Virus record (IMG/VR): IMGVR_UViG_3300027863_000019
Location: 91,616 to 155,615 of that record
Length of the DNA: 64,000 nt
DNA from: a virus
Reading direction: 5' to 3' (one strand)
Shown here piece after piece: positions 29,301 to 36,818 of the stretch; position 1 is the stretch's first letter; each line of letters opens with the position of its first letter. The translations under genes and the position numbers were made by a program. The notes below the pieces were generated by a model that ran no database searches, was not told the DNA's origin, and was given only the letters and a program-made list of their open reading frames with translations.

Positions 29301-31430
29301 GAATATAAAGCAAGAGGGATTCCAGTTCTATCTGAAGATGCGGGTGTAACTGGAGAAATTAAAGAAGAGACTAGACCTGATTTCGGTTTCTTAAATCCTC
29401 TTGTCGATTATTTCTATAGACCTGAACAACCATTTATTTTCCATTCAGGTGGCATTGTTCCGGGATCTGGAGATGTTCCAGCAATCTTAGAAGGTGGCGA
29501 AGGTGTTATCTCTAAGAGCGCAATGAAGAAGTTTGCTGAAGGTGGAGAAGTTGAAAATCCTCTGCAAGGTTTGATGAGCGGTATTGGTCAAATGGTTCAA
29601 GGAATGTTGGCCCCAATTACTGACTCTATAAAAAGCCCACGTCAACAACAAATCGCGCAAATAGGTGAGGGTAATTACGCTGACACCTTCATGAATCAAG
29701 TCCAGTATGAGAAAGCTTTCCAGCAAGAAAGAGATATGTATCGCCAGATTGATGCACAAAAGTATGCTCAATCACAACAGCAACAATTGCAACAATGGAT
29801 GCAGGGTGGTCCAATTAGTAGTATGTTTGGTCTTGGTGGTGGTGGTGGATTGGGTGGAGTAATTGGTGGTGGGCTTGGTTTACTTTCAAAGATTGGTATG
29901 TTCTTTGCTGAGGGCGGCCTTGTACCAGCAATTCAATGGTTAGCAAGTGGTGGACCAATCCTACAGAAGAATATTAATTATTCTTTATACTCATCAACCG
30001 TCGGACAGTCTAATTGGCCAACATCTACTACGACTAAAGAATCTTGGTTTGCGAAGTACTTCCCATATCTTGCAATTCCAATGATGTTAATGCTTTCTTA
30101 TGGTCTTAGCGGTAGGAATAAAAAGCAGGCTGCAGCTCAGGCTGATACTGATGCGTTTGTTAAGAGAATGCAGCAGAAGCTTGAAAGTGTTAAAACGCCC
30201 GAAGAAGCTTTCGCAGGTAAAGACTTACTTAGCACTGGACTTCCTGGAGCGCCAAGCCTATTTCAAAAACCATCTCTGTTTAGTCAAGGGTTGTTCAAGA
30301 CTCCAGATTTAAGTTCTTCCATTGCAGATAACATTTTTGGTGAAGAGTTTGCTAAGGGTGGACTTGTTCAATACTTTGCATCCGGTGGAAATGTTTTAAC
30401 AACTCGTTCTGCAGCGGAAACTAGTTGGCAGAATATGGGGCATACTGAAACGGTTTATACTGACGTTCCTTCTGCATGGCAGATGATCATTCCTGGATTA
30501 ATGTTAACTCTTCTACTTCCAATGTTGATGAAGAAGAAACGGGTGGGAGAGCAGTCTACTGATGTAACTGATCTCAAAAAGAAGTATACTGAGATGGTGG
30601 GCAAATCGCCTGACTTGAAACCTAAATCTATTGGAGATTTGTGGAAAGAAAGAGATAGTGGTAAGTCAATGTTTGATATGCTCGGAAATGGTGTGAAGCT
30701 TAATCCTGAACTTACCGGCATATCCGACTTACAAGCAAAACTTGATGCAGCTAAAGCAATTCCATCCGGATCTTCGGGAGGCTTCCTTAATACCTTAATA
30801 GGAGGTCCTTCAAGGTGGTTAGAAGGATTACAAGGAGTTGGAAGTTCTCTATGGAGCGGCATTTCTGGAATCGGCAGTTCTCTATGGAGCGGTATCTCAA
30901 GTATTGGAAGTGGAATCGGTAGCCTGTTCTCAGGAATTGGAAGCTGGTTTGGTAGCTTATTTAATAGAGGAGGTTTGGTTAGAAAGCTAGCTGGTGGTGG
31001 ATATATCGCAGATTGGGGTGTTAGTAGATATTCTAATGGTGGTCCTATCGGTGGAGCTGGAACAACCGATACCGTACCCGCAATGTTAACTCCTGGAGAG
31101 TTCGTTGTTAATCGTCAAACAGTTGGAATGTTTGGACCCCAATTCTTCCATGCGTTACAAGATATGGCGAAGTTTAAAGGCGTTGCATCACCCGAGTCAG
31201 TACTTGCAGGAATGAGTGGAACATTAAAATTTGCTGCCGGTGGAGCAGTTCCAATTCCGAAACTTCCTAATGTTGCTGTACCAACAACTGAGCATAAAAT
31301 TACAGTGGCGAACGTTATGGACGAAGAGTCCGTTGGTCAATTTCTTAATACGAAAAAGTATGGAGAAGTTCTTGTCAATAAGCTTGGCGGCGGAGTTTCT
31401 CAACGCCTGTTGAGAGGTCAAGGAGTTTAA
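17394..31430 (+). CDS. Tail tape measure protein (4678 aa) with TP901-type core and M15 peptidase domain
   Basis: Helical Ala/Glu/Lys-rich. TP901 core near 23400-24450 (LGSAGL...GVLNDNMIKGSRAGRGL). M15 motif RSYQEQ..ATPGYSMHGYGLAVDI..EPWH at about 27180-27500. C-terminal DTVPAMLTPGEFVVN. Confidence 0.93.
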   Translation: MPDDSPFILKVDNSALDQTIEKAKKTATELTNALSKASDSVKASLAKAFAPNQINTWMSGIQSKLAELQSSSSLKTTFTVDVSQVGAAQTAMKALESQVAAIQYSAKQAASALEDNIVRAVKRSVQQIKLLGEEQKKVQESLASATSPAAGVTIFPEYRRELQAQRRAIEKEVVQTKTVLQQLQNLYREFVKVQNSVDSIAVEVSNSPTMAKAIQKVSKNFGEGVQMALPKGEIAKDLRDYVLWHQEQTNKARDDITKHLENMEHAIGGRLRSLPDPLTSDLPRKRAEELKKTKKELEALYNEVAGLRNKSGTPHDIIGALEGPALGKMYEQFLKGLVGVDELNAQIVSRIDAYTAKSREITSKYLHLMEAFPEHIKAGGERIVPGLSGQAQIPVTIVDPTPAEIKGLQNRIALLQGLSVQSEKTKQEIASLQAQLAYFERGGKITQVPELQEGVTPNVRHVTHGYREHEFTPEALMSGESVEKLEEYRQALAGLDIAYRSSADSEELFADRMRNLGTIIGFTDSKDKLLLEYFQQNEQIAMRARRLFDGVKQSATDMPSVAEKIKEISGVARESLMKPGFETFDLSEKLKGSIGNATGYVRREFADTTKSAHESLLKLKMISEIFGEEITAPFKSVINYIRGYKDEAGVSQGIGPKFNMTAAGPFGTLEPVFKNFEDRMQRINALMMQFDTRPAETAPKLESELLGMSNLLTGVAGKYKDIRNEASDMASAFRIQPIMSEIQAIFNNPALSSQNLIQAQVAVAKLNEKFDQMVKYAPELEPLRQKIRQITDEFISTKAITVTEHPQVKQWTAEAEALKAQMERLKEQKPKGIAVAPGLAAEADEAQNRRAVDLWKREMESVETMYNERMQWIARQRGTPIEIDEAGVRAAFTKFDTQLQPFKRQLNFSQIIGDALTNLSRLGREAGDVGSNASMMLDKIFKLVEMVSVATKTGLVKSESEELQKMMAEMNQYTVHLKSEHLPVVEALGKEYQRFGDKVQTVIGGFLSKTERGALPNIIREKFAPPEFDEAMPLEEWLGSLSGGHRFFKPIGGEHDKSFIEQFAPPGSERGKQLTVADMFGTGRLELIDQATGKQTQFGKAVEFVKSQLREPGKFESFYQPAMQYTQRLTHYIQTLRAEIIETAKSDPKMASMVLALDTAQSKVFHTTESFKALKRSIEGIGPTQGAFSPNMSLIGRELAAVTDAATKSIDSHVQQFQERLKGILQKGGPQEIYGAIKEAMKLPVGSFDQPISSQGIGQILFGGGNESLIRGMSFERLTQIKAGLGEYFQEVVESGWGAGAIKRAQAIIKRLYTGINEEMHTQRAELLSKGEQLPTLSDETILPSRWAQEPTEKFSKQMKSATRAVMEALVAADTETFPDTAPFVQKISTWSVGQIDKIIKTLKQKTSQKSQEFAKALVPGELAESPEQEKMLIQMMNWERAIASAEKVKQGKLDELRRKRTAAAKDVGVEGEDVLTSEAISIAEAAPGAGRKIVESIDSVTAQKVAALKRQIAQMKGAGGAAALVDYEKGMAEGIKQPGFLETVLGPTQIDPVKQRLSNLINPFVQINAELENLGMVFSRQGRPVAAWSELLKAGQTTIMDLIKEVAKVSPATDTLDEHIMKFNATASDEKKVMTFASLLEMIQSIKIALSVAIPEYQKLVDTGDFTGAAAKREDLVSTTRLLTTLMQELARSESAVVSNEFLIEDLRRREITTLRELGQAYRIHKLEAQESIGPLASASRAEQAKAALAGRDILRQSVISAQWRGEKTTEPGGPFEGIGEPVGTIADVSEKMLGRWDQLANMRKGIVDVINTYRTANKEFEYGVAEPKNLDDLIAKLMKFNRILEEGKNLPPTWQKSYENAFKGVQPFLQGVLEAANKASTSAGRTSFAEKWAGDIQKARDEAAHLIIEMQELTKLMQSTPRGAETQQKRIAQSERAGELLERAGVVQLEMSKDSHTPSEEMRLAAAATQELKAASSGNLSLWERITNTVKTTRNNFADLFMYQVRWYTSMMIFWGVFNKVGETFKALVETQHQIQRAVRAMREESGEIVQHWARLEHVAQANIFENMVKWATDAKQAGEVLWQLGSAGLNASESLAALGPVLGLIRASEGDTTETTKIVAGVFNVLQDSIEGAAQAGTKFRIITDVIAKVFRDHQVELSELNQGYRFAISSADTAGLSFYELSAMLGVLNDNMIKGSRAGRGLQQVLVHIAKDPYEIVASFIELAKHMNVPLEVYEKLQKPIANMSTMELMREFSNIVKASGKSLEALSREMDKFGMIGGRTLAPLLLNFDKVDTTVQQLILHSTGSTQQMAQHITTTIAANLRRVASYFEQYMYPVITGLNTIFSATLIGFVKLAGAMEGIQSKVISGSFGSIGMPGVGGTIDAFLKAATLIGSISILSAQLPDKFNLVNKALEWMGNRGAAGFEKLGAGFLNLLASTGPLARAWGSIVSGFQAGLSALSAGFELLKTTLISVNASIQSIGVGATLMKPLQAGLTAASAAALYLYDSIKLVGLGRTIMDGLITVTLALGTALKAVGAAMWAHPVLAAIGLIAGAFAIAYAYVKIWKKSVDDVVAESIESAAKYQEKLTELEQKSIQAHHALSNIKENKEAYRALISGAEDSATATDKQRKAFDDLMRSAGIESNTMKDNTITVGELKQRFSELTPEVQENVRALNAHYNAVLSNKELQEKFIESLRKQVEAMEATAEAAKKAKQELAGGFMFKSQDSEVSAKNFTNWIRTIFMSKEERLAFYEEQRAAVKDAENSAREARNQIAKSFESIGTLHISNPMKDYVKELMGKGKDETEIRDALEKAFMPPKNLSFKDWKPNIEGFDYDVALRRIFPDNAVLEKIFKEGATAEIFGAKAAKEIEKIDTSKASGMAEAKRIAFAALLNKIFPSLSDKTLESAGVKLGPEAMNKYLDALNRAHEQFLKTLGAHEQEVNQFYLKAGESAVGAMKQGYDAQAFATEAFGMEMTRLNQDYIRTQQEFAEKRQIIERKHAETGREVPKVEMDTLNIEEQTALLKVRQQQFELAKKIGDLTAKAWQEGAGEVLKYQYSMKNLEAKQKELQATEKLSEIEKKLAENVRVSMQEAEEAHRLKMEYLKLEAEGKKLEIEYNKTSEEMKLNAVIRESQMLLAKDAVEKDERLKLTDVQKQMVNNQIAMAERQLSQLSSLMGMQMAVAQQEMNTKVKQEDERAWQERGKIAIHNLRTMLEGQAAVVGEFYRTQMPTGASGGDSGTSKYFERGVHGSEAKAEHIVGRLEGLDPEFMKRLKGLADEYYQITGKVMRVSDAFRSYQEQVDLKKRKPTLAATPGYSMHGYGLAVDIDTAQANEMATMGLLEKWNIYRPMLGQGGGKNEPWHLQPTGMRAETVKVPMNIAVDYSAEKIPPASVEKAKLSLAGEMQAAIDEMLKMLKERGEKAQPQIKKGITELFNTLKDLHIDPKDIDLYSKFFDSLKNVAIAAGMPVKKIADLITEAYKKQFDQGVVFDVPLLVKYTAEARAAGGTDEQVRKRVQETFRVAFEHEENWTKDRFQGMMDFISNGVTETGISGKKVFAQLMTDIFTPSKLQIMLDSDIDLIDMFYQQIANLGRKLTNSDVTPTKIGRTFETAIRGIISSGEELAPEKYEKLVNALSQIPRINLKEAASDVEKYWQAIGNTRALSMPDLGTMQRDMMRFGSTSDEVWKAIGDVADVQIRRMYASWEKGSEQMKGDFSTLKELSGAFWLGMLKGVADYASKLKDPIRRLAGEITEILNSMQSSLESIISDTLKGDFKGWNEYLTKFGENLINIASKNMSEMIMQSLTSWVGDAMGIKKPRPGEMSQKEAESFGAKEGERQSRANIEQTMQHTEKIKTGQEKVIENTKRIADNVAELIDVVKQKGGEHPSETRSGTTGGERTSESGERVGGISGGGGETGVGPIESGASEVAAVMPSSKTSGAVERAEEKPLVGYETEGWDAGLSKTEIEEYKARGIPVLSEDAGVTGEIKEETRPDFGFLNPLVDYFYRPEQPFIFHSGGIVPGSGDVPAILEGGEGVISKSAMKKFAEGGEVENPLQGLMSGIGQMVQGMLAPITDSIKSPRQQQIAQIGEGNYADTFMNQVQYEKAFQQERDMYRQIDAQKYAQSQQQQLQQWMQGGPISSMFGLGGGGGLGGVIGGGLGLLSKIGMFFAEGGLVPAIQWLASGGPILQKNINYSLYSSTVGQSNWPTSTTTKESWFAKYFPYLAIPMMLMLSYGLSGRNKKQAAAQADTDAFVKRMQQKLESVKTPEEAFAGKDLLSTGLPGAPSLFQKPSLFSQGLFKTPDLSSSIADNIFGEEFAKGGLVQYFASGGNVLTTRSAAETSWQNMGHTETVYTDVPSAWQMIIPGLMLTLLLPMLMKKKRVGEQSTDVTDLKKKYTEMVGKSPDLKPKSIGDLWKERDSGKSMFDMLGNGVKLNPELTGISDLQAKLDAAKAIPSGSSGGFLNTLIGGPSRWLEGLQGVGSSLWSGISGIGSSLWSGISSIGSGIGSLFSGIGSWFGSLFNRGGLVRKLAGGGYIADWGVSRYSNGGPIGGAGTTDTVPAMLTPGEFVVNRQTVGMFGPQFFHALQDMAKFKGVASPESVLAGMSGTLKFAAGGAVPIPKLPNVAVPTTEHKITVANVMDEESVGQFLNTKKYGEVLVNKLGGGVSQRLLRGQGV

Positions 31431-31637
31431 ATGTTTATTCCCAAACCCATAACAATGGCAATCATCACTTTCCTTTTTCCAATGGCAACATCTGTCGGTT
31501 ACTGGCTTAAAGTGACTACAGTTGGTGAAGTTGGAATCGCTTGGCAGATCTCAATTCTCGCGTTTCAGATTCAGAAATACTTTTGGAGCGAAACTGATTA
31601 TCGTGAAGTAAAGCACTTCTTATTTAGGGGGAAGTAA
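31431..31637 (+). pseudogene. Collapsed distal-tail (Dit)-like gene remnant at the canonical post-tape-measure position
   Basis: LAFQIQKYFWSETDYREVKHFLFRGK aligns with LAFQVEWYCHNAADWKTVRDFFLAARGK in the 1640-aa protein; only 68 aa long. Confidence 0.5.
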
Positions 31638-32440
31638 TGCAAGTCCATTTGTTCGGCTTCACTCTAAATCAAGCTTCGCTTTATGTCACGAATGATAACG
31701 TCCAACACGTTTATAGTGGCATCACATATAATGCAAGTGCTATAACGTGTAAGGAATATATTTATGACCTTAAAGAGGTTATGGGTGAAGCCAATATTAA
31801 CATTCCGTTTGCTCAAAGTGGCTTCCTCGCTGGTGCTGCTTCACGTTCAATTGAAGGACCTGTTAGAGTAGAAGTGTATGAATATGATACAATTAACGAT
31901 GATGCGACGCTAATTTTTCGTGGATTTGTAAACGTATTTAAAGTATCTAAAGCTGCTCTCGATATGCAATGTGTATCATTTGTTGAGCACGCACGAGATA
32001 ATTATGCGAGACTTCAATTGTCGCGCGTATGTCAGCATCGACTTTATAGTCCTCTCTGTGGAGTTAATGAAGCGAATTACAAAGTTGCTGGAACTATTTC
32101 TGGCTTCTCAGTTGATAGAGTTACTATTGAGATTAATGGAATTAATAATACGAGTGGATACTTTACTTATGGTTGGGTTGAATGGAAAGGAGTATATCGC
32201 CATATTGTAAATGATGTTTGGAATGGTACTTCACGTTTTGTTGATTTACTGCACTTCGCACCCACATCGTGGCAGAAAGATCAGCAAATAACTTTAGTTG
32301 CTGGGTGCGATAAACATTCAGATACTTGTAAGAGTAAGTTTGGGAACTTTGCGAATTTTATGGGATTCCCTTATGCACCATATGAATCCATTAGATATAC
32401 GGGATTAAGGCAACAATCTATTAGTAGGTCGAAAAAATAA
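31637..32440 (+). CDS. Tail tip hub protein, BR0599/DUF2163 (lambda gpL-like, Fe-S Cys motif)
   Basis: CQHRLYSPLCG ... GYFTYG ... AGCDK...TCKSKFGNFANFMGFPY. Confidence 0.9.
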   Translation: MQVHLFGFTLNQASLYVTNDNVQHVYSGITYNASAITCKEYIYDLKEVMGEANINIPFAQSGFLAGAASRSIEGPVRVEVYEYDTINDDATLIFRGFVNVFKVSKAALDMQCVSFVEHARDNYARLQLSRVCQHRLYSPLCGVNEANYKVAGTISGFSVDRVTIEINGINNTSGYFTYGWVEWKGVYRHIVNDVWNGTSRFVDLLHFAPTSWQKDQQITLVAGCDKHSDTCKSKFGNFANFMGFPYAPYESIRYTGLRQQSISRSKK

Positions 32441-32889
32441 TGAGTGTGTTACAAAATTTCATTGATGAAGTAGAATCTTGGGTTGGTACACCCTATTTTA
32501 CTGAAGGATGTACTAAGGGTCCTAAAGGTGGGACTAATTGTGGTCATTGGCTTGTCGCAGCTATAACATCAACAATACCAAATTCCGAAGCAGTGTTAGA
32601 GGGTTATGAATGGTCACACATTAGATACTTTAAAACTTGCACAGACATTATGCCAGCAATAATAGAGAAAGTTGCGGTTGAAATAACTCTCGATGAAATA
32701 ACGGTAGGAGATGTTACGTTTACTACATATAGACGAATCGCTTCCATTCCAGCAGTTTATGTTGGTGATGGAATGTATGTCTATTGTAATGTATCTCAAC
32801 GACAGATAGTAAAGATGCCTTTATTAGAGAATTATTTGAACAAGCTTTCACATGTTTATCGTTTTAAATATTTTATGGAGGGTCATTAA
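32440..32889 (+). CDS. NlpC/P60-like tail assembly protein, probably catalytically degenerate
   Basis: SWVGTPY...GTNC and GDV.F...AVYVGDG, but no His at the catalytic position. Confidence 0.8.
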   Translation: MSVLQNFIDEVESWVGTPYFTEGCTKGPKGGTNCGHWLVAAITSTIPNSEAVLEGYEWSHIRYFKTCTDIMPAIIEKVAVEITLDEITVGDVTFTTYRRIASIPAVYVGDGMYVYCNVSQRQIVKMPLLENYLNKLSHVYRFKYFMEGH

Positions 32890-33150
32890 ATGGGGCTCTT
32901 GAGTTTTGCAAATCCGGCGATGTGGTTAGTGAATATTGGAATTGCGGGATTGGGTTATCTTTTATATAAACCAAAACGTAATCAAAAAACTAAACCGCCT
33001 GACATGGAATTTAAAATGAGTGCTGTAAAGATTGGTACTCCCATTCCAGTCGTGTTAGGTTACGCTAAAGTAGGTGGCCTAATTATTGAATGGGGTGATT
33101 GGACTGTTGTGGCGCATAAGAAACGTATAAAAGGTGGTAAAGCCTTCTAA
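32890..33150 (+). CDS. Tail assembly protein (gpI-like N-terminal piece of the tip)
   Basis: Hydrophobic N-terminus, then GTPIPVVLGYAKVGG.IIEWGD. Confidence 0.75.
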   Translation: MGLLSFANPAMWLVNIGIAGLGYLLYKPKRNQKTKPPDMEFKMSAVKIGTPIPVVLGYAKVGGLIIEWGDWTVVAHKKRIKGGKAF

Positions 33151-35216
33151 TGGGAATTGGAAGTCAAATCAAAATTACAACTTATACGTATCGCATTCGA
33201 ACTGCGTATGCGATTACGTATGGTCCTATCGATGAATTCATTCGATTTGATTATAATAGTGACTACAAAACATACTATGCCGCACGTTCTGGATCCGTTC
33301 TCAATCTAAATACTTCCGAGAACGTTCTTTCAGGTCAAATCTGGTGGGGTAATGCTAGCCAAGGTACTAGTCCAAACCTTTCTGTTATGCATGAGGGGAT
33401 GAACTATAATAATATTTGCTATGGTGACTTCCATCTTGATCTAGGTTCCTCCCCCGCAATGCCGGCTGTTGCGTTTACTGTTACACGATACTATGCACCC
33501 GATCTTCCGGAAGGTTATAGTTGGGGAAGTATAACTGGATCATCGAGTGGCATGAATCCCGCCGTAATGCTTTATGATTTATTGACGAATCAGGTATATG
33601 GCTATGGTTTGAGTGCTGATGATATCTATATTGATTCATTTGTTGGAGCTTCTAATCAATTGGCGAACGAAGATTTAACTTGTAGTACTGTAATTGATAC
33701 CGCTGAAGTGTATGCCGTTGTTCGCGCGGTACTTGATTGGATCGATGGAGAGTTAATCTATCGTGAGGATGTTGGAAAGATTGCTCTTCGTTTAAGAAGA
33801 AAAGATTATACGCTTGATCAACTAGTTCAAGTGACAGCATCCGATATTCGAGCTCAAACTTTTGATTTACAGCGTCCAAGTTGGTATGCAACTAAGAACG
33901 TAGTTTACGTTAACTTTAATGATATAAATCGTGAATGCGATCAAAACTTAGTGTATGCTGAAGATTTAGCAAACTACAATATGACGGGCAACCAACGAGT
34001 TCAAGAGTTTAACTTTAATATTTTCACTGAAGGTTCGATGGCTCAAAAGGTTGCGACTCGTCAATTGCATAGACACTCATATCCTTGGGCTAAAGTTACC
34101 TTTGAGTGTTTCGCAGATAAAGGAGATGCACTAAAAGTTTTCGAACCCTTTTGGCTGCAACACGATTACTACGGCGTAGCGGCAGTATTTAGGATTACAG
34201 AGAAACGCCGTCAAGGACCGAACATTTGGAAAATTGAATGTGTCGAGGAATGCTTTTGTGCTAACTCCGCTTTTGCTGCAGGAGTTGATGAACCGTATCC
34301 AATTGTTCCTTATGTAACTCCTCAATCGATCGATTGGGATTATCGAATTCTTAATTCATATTATCGTGGATATCTTGTACTTGGATATTCTAACGACCAG
34401 ACAACCGATGTTATCTTAGATAGTTTCGTGGTAGAGTCGGATGTTGGACTTTCAACCTGTGATTACGCATGTGTTGGTAGGCTCGTTAATCCCGTTACTT
34501 CAGGTCATGATGCTACGTTATATGTTCAAAAGGATAAACACTTTCAAGATGACTTCTCGACCGTTGGTTACGTTCTAATTGATGACGAGATCATGAAGAT
34601 TGACTCTGCATCAGAGACTACCGATCAAGTAACGTATCTTTCAAGTAATGCTCATCGTGCATTGGAGGAAACAACTCAAGCGAATCATTCTGTCGGTGCT
34701 AAAGTATTTGCCCTAGATTGTCGAGCTTTCGTTGCATCGAATATGATTCCTGGGCATACGTATACGATGTCTATCACAGCACATTATATGTATCCTATTC
34801 TTTGGTTTGATTCTGATGATGCCGTAACGTATGAGATCGTTTGGGAACCTCTTACTGATATGCCAAAGGATCCCGTGATTCAATCACACAGTAGTGACGA
34901 TTATTTACAGGATATTACTTTTACTTGGAAGGCTCAAAATAGAGTCGCACCAATTCCAACACCATGTTCTGGACTTACTGCATATCCCCAAACCGACTCG
35001 GTCGATCAAATTTTAGGATATAAGATATGTCAGTGTAATCAAGGGGCGGGAACGACAAGTTTGTTAACGACTTACATTGATCCTGGTACAACTTCATACA
35101 CAAGTACGCGTGCCGAAAGAATTGCGGCAGGAATTTGTACGTCCTTTAGATTTGAAGTTTATTCTCGTGGAGTGAAAGGTTTTGATTCACTTCCCGCTAC
35201 GATCGATATAGGATAA
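33150..35216 (+). CDS. Central tail tip/baseplate hub protein (Phage-tail_3, gpJ-like)
   Basis: MNPAVMLYDLLTN..YGYG, IDSF..A...L..E, GKI.LRL.R.DY, N.V.V.F.D, A.KVA.R.L. Confidence 0.88.
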   Translation: MGIGSQIKITTYTYRIRTAYAITYGPIDEFIRFDYNSDYKTYYAARSGSVLNLNTSENVLSGQIWWGNASQGTSPNLSVMHEGMNYNNICYGDFHLDLGSSPAMPAVAFTVTRYYAPDLPEGYSWGSITGSSSGMNPAVMLYDLLTNQVYGYGLSADDIYIDSFVGASNQLANEDLTCSTVIDTAEVYAVVRAVLDWIDGELIYREDVGKIALRLRRKDYTLDQLVQVTASDIRAQTFDLQRPSWYATKNVVYVNFNDINRECDQNLVYAEDLANYNMTGNQRVQEFNFNIFTEGSMAQKVATRQLHRHSYPWAKVTFECFADKGDALKVFEPFWLQHDYYGVAAVFRITEKRRQGPNIWKIECVEECFCANSAFAAGVDEPYPIVPYVTPQSIDWDYRILNSYYRGYLVLGYSNDQTTDVILDSFVVESDVGLSTCDYACVGRLVNPVTSGHDATLYVQKDKHFQDDFSTVGYVLIDDEIMKIDSASETTDQVTYLSSNAHRALEETTQANHSVGAKVFALDCRAFVASNMIPGHTYTMSITAHYMYPILWFDSDDAVTYEIVWEPLTDMPKDPVIQSHSSDDYLQDITFTWKAQNRVAPIPTPCSGLTAYPQTDSVDQILGYKICQCNQGAGTTSLLTTYIDPGTTSYTSTRAERIAAGICTSFRFEVYSRGVKGFDSLPATIDIG

Positions 35217-35220
35217 GAAA

Positions 35221-35772
35221 ATGCCAATTAATTTACCCGCATATGATATACAACGGCTTTCGATAGGCCCTGCAGTAATTTATTTTGGTGCTGCTGGAAT
35301 TACTCCTACTATCGATTTTGGAGCAATTCATGGTGCTGATCTAAAGATTGCGATTGAGACTACTAAGTTTTTAGTTGGAATGCCTGCTGTCCCATCTTGG
35401 TATCGTTTTAAATCAGTTGATGTAACCTTAACAGTCAAGGGTCTTGAATGGAATTTAAATAAAGTTAAACAAGCGATTGGTGGTTGGTTTTTAGATACAA
35501 CGCAAGGAAGTTTACATACGGAAACTCTATACGGAAACTTTGAGTATGTAGATCCTTTATCGTTACGTTTAGTTCACGTAACACCATATGGCGCAACATT
35601 GATGGTAGATATCTATCAAGCACTCCCCGGAGGAGCAGATCAATTTTCCTTCCAATGGAATCTTCACGAGATTCCATACACCTTTCATGCAGTCTCGACT
35701 CAGTATGACTGGGGTGGAAATGCTCTCCCTCCAAATACGCCATATAAAATTACTTTCCAACAAACGGTGTAA
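35221..35772 (+). CDS. Second tail-tube-like protein (paralog of 15446-16018)
   Basis: MPINLPAYDIQRLSIGP vs MPYNLPSYDTNRLSIGP; shared G.EWN, LVH.TPYG, PYTFHA and DW.GN.LP. Confidence 0.85.
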   Translation: MPINLPAYDIQRLSIGPAVIYFGAAGITPTIDFGAIHGADLKIAIETTKFLVGMPAVPSWYRFKSVDVTLTVKGLEWNLNKVKQAIGGWFLDTTQGSLHTETLYGNFEYVDPLSLRLVHVTPYGATLMVDIYQALPGGADQFSFQWNLHEIPYTFHAVSTQYDWGGNALPPNTPYKITFQQTV

Positions 35773-35774
35773 GT

Positions 35775-36806
35775 ATGGCGAATATCTTTATGACTGGTTT
35801 TGAGTGGGGAACTTTGTATGAAGTTTCCTGGTGGGATGCATGGAACTTTTGTTCTATTGCAACTGATGTCGTTCGTTCAGGAAACTACTCGATACGTTTA
35901 TATGGAGCGTATGCTTCCTTCGCCATTTTTCTTCCTGGAGCTAAGAATGAAATTTTCGTCCAGTTTGCGTACTACACCGATGGGGCTTTTGGGAGCATTG
36001 GTTCAGTATTGTTAAACTGGTATGGTTTAAGTGGCGATAGACGTATTGGATATATTTCAACCTCTGAATCGGGGCAGATCCGTATCTATACCGTAACTCA
36101 TCCTGATGGAGTAAATGAAAGTGCGACGCTGAGGGCTCAAGGAAATGTTCGTTTAAAAACGAATCGTTGGTATGTTATTGAAATGCGAATCAAAGCCGAT
36201 CCGAACTTTGGCGCCTTAGAAGTTCGAGTTGATGGTGTTCCAGATTGTAGTTTTTGGGGACCAACTACAGAATATAATCCTGGAACAATTGATTCCGTCA
36301 GGTGGGGTCAGTTTAGTTGTTGGATTGATGATATTGTAATCAATGATACGACTGGAACTCATAATAATTCATGGCCGGGCTGTTTGAAAGTAGTTCTATT
36401 GAAACCTCAATCGGATGGTGCTTATGTCGAATGGACTAAGTCTGATGAAGGACATAATTATGATATGGTTAATGAAGTACCATTTGATCCCACACGATAT
36501 GTCTATACATCAGGTATTGGTCTGAGAGATCTATATAATATCGAAAATCTTCCTGCGGAGGCTGGTGAAGTATCAATAGTTCGAGGTGATGCCTGGTGTT
36601 TTAAGGATAGTGGTAGCTCCGCACAAAATCGAACGATTACATTTTCGGTAATGCCAGGGGTAACAATTACTGACTCAGCCGCACAGGATATCACTCTCTC
36701 ATATCAGTTAGTTCATTGTCCCTTTGATTATAATCCGGATACCGGCGAAATTTGGTCTAAAGAGGAAGTTAATTCTATGCAGGCGGGGATCAAATCAAGC
36801 TCGTAA
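35775..36806 (+). CDS. Tail adhesion jelly-roll protein, paralog 1 of 5
   Basis: F.TGFE.G ... WYVIE ... DDIVINDTTG..NNSWPG ... L.P..DG ... VNE.P ... DLY ... NP.TG..W...EVN. Confidence 0.65.
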   Translation: MANIFMTGFEWGTLYEVSWWDAWNFCSIATDVVRSGNYSIRLYGAYASFAIFLPGAKNEIFVQFAYYTDGAFGSIGSVLLNWYGLSGDRRIGYISTSESGQIRIYTVTHPDGVNESATLRAQGNVRLKTNRWYVIEMRIKADPNFGALEVRVDGVPDCSFWGPTTEYNPGTIDSVRWGQFSCWIDDIVINDTTGTHNNSWPGCLKVVLLKPQSDGAYVEWTKSDEGHNYDMVNEVPFDPTRYVYTSGIGLRDLYNIENLPAEAGEVSIVRGDAWCFKDSGSSAQNRTITFSVMPGVTITDSAAQDITLSYQLVHCPFDYNPDTGEIWSKEEVNSMQAGIKSSS

Positions 36807-36818
36807 TAGGTACTCCCC

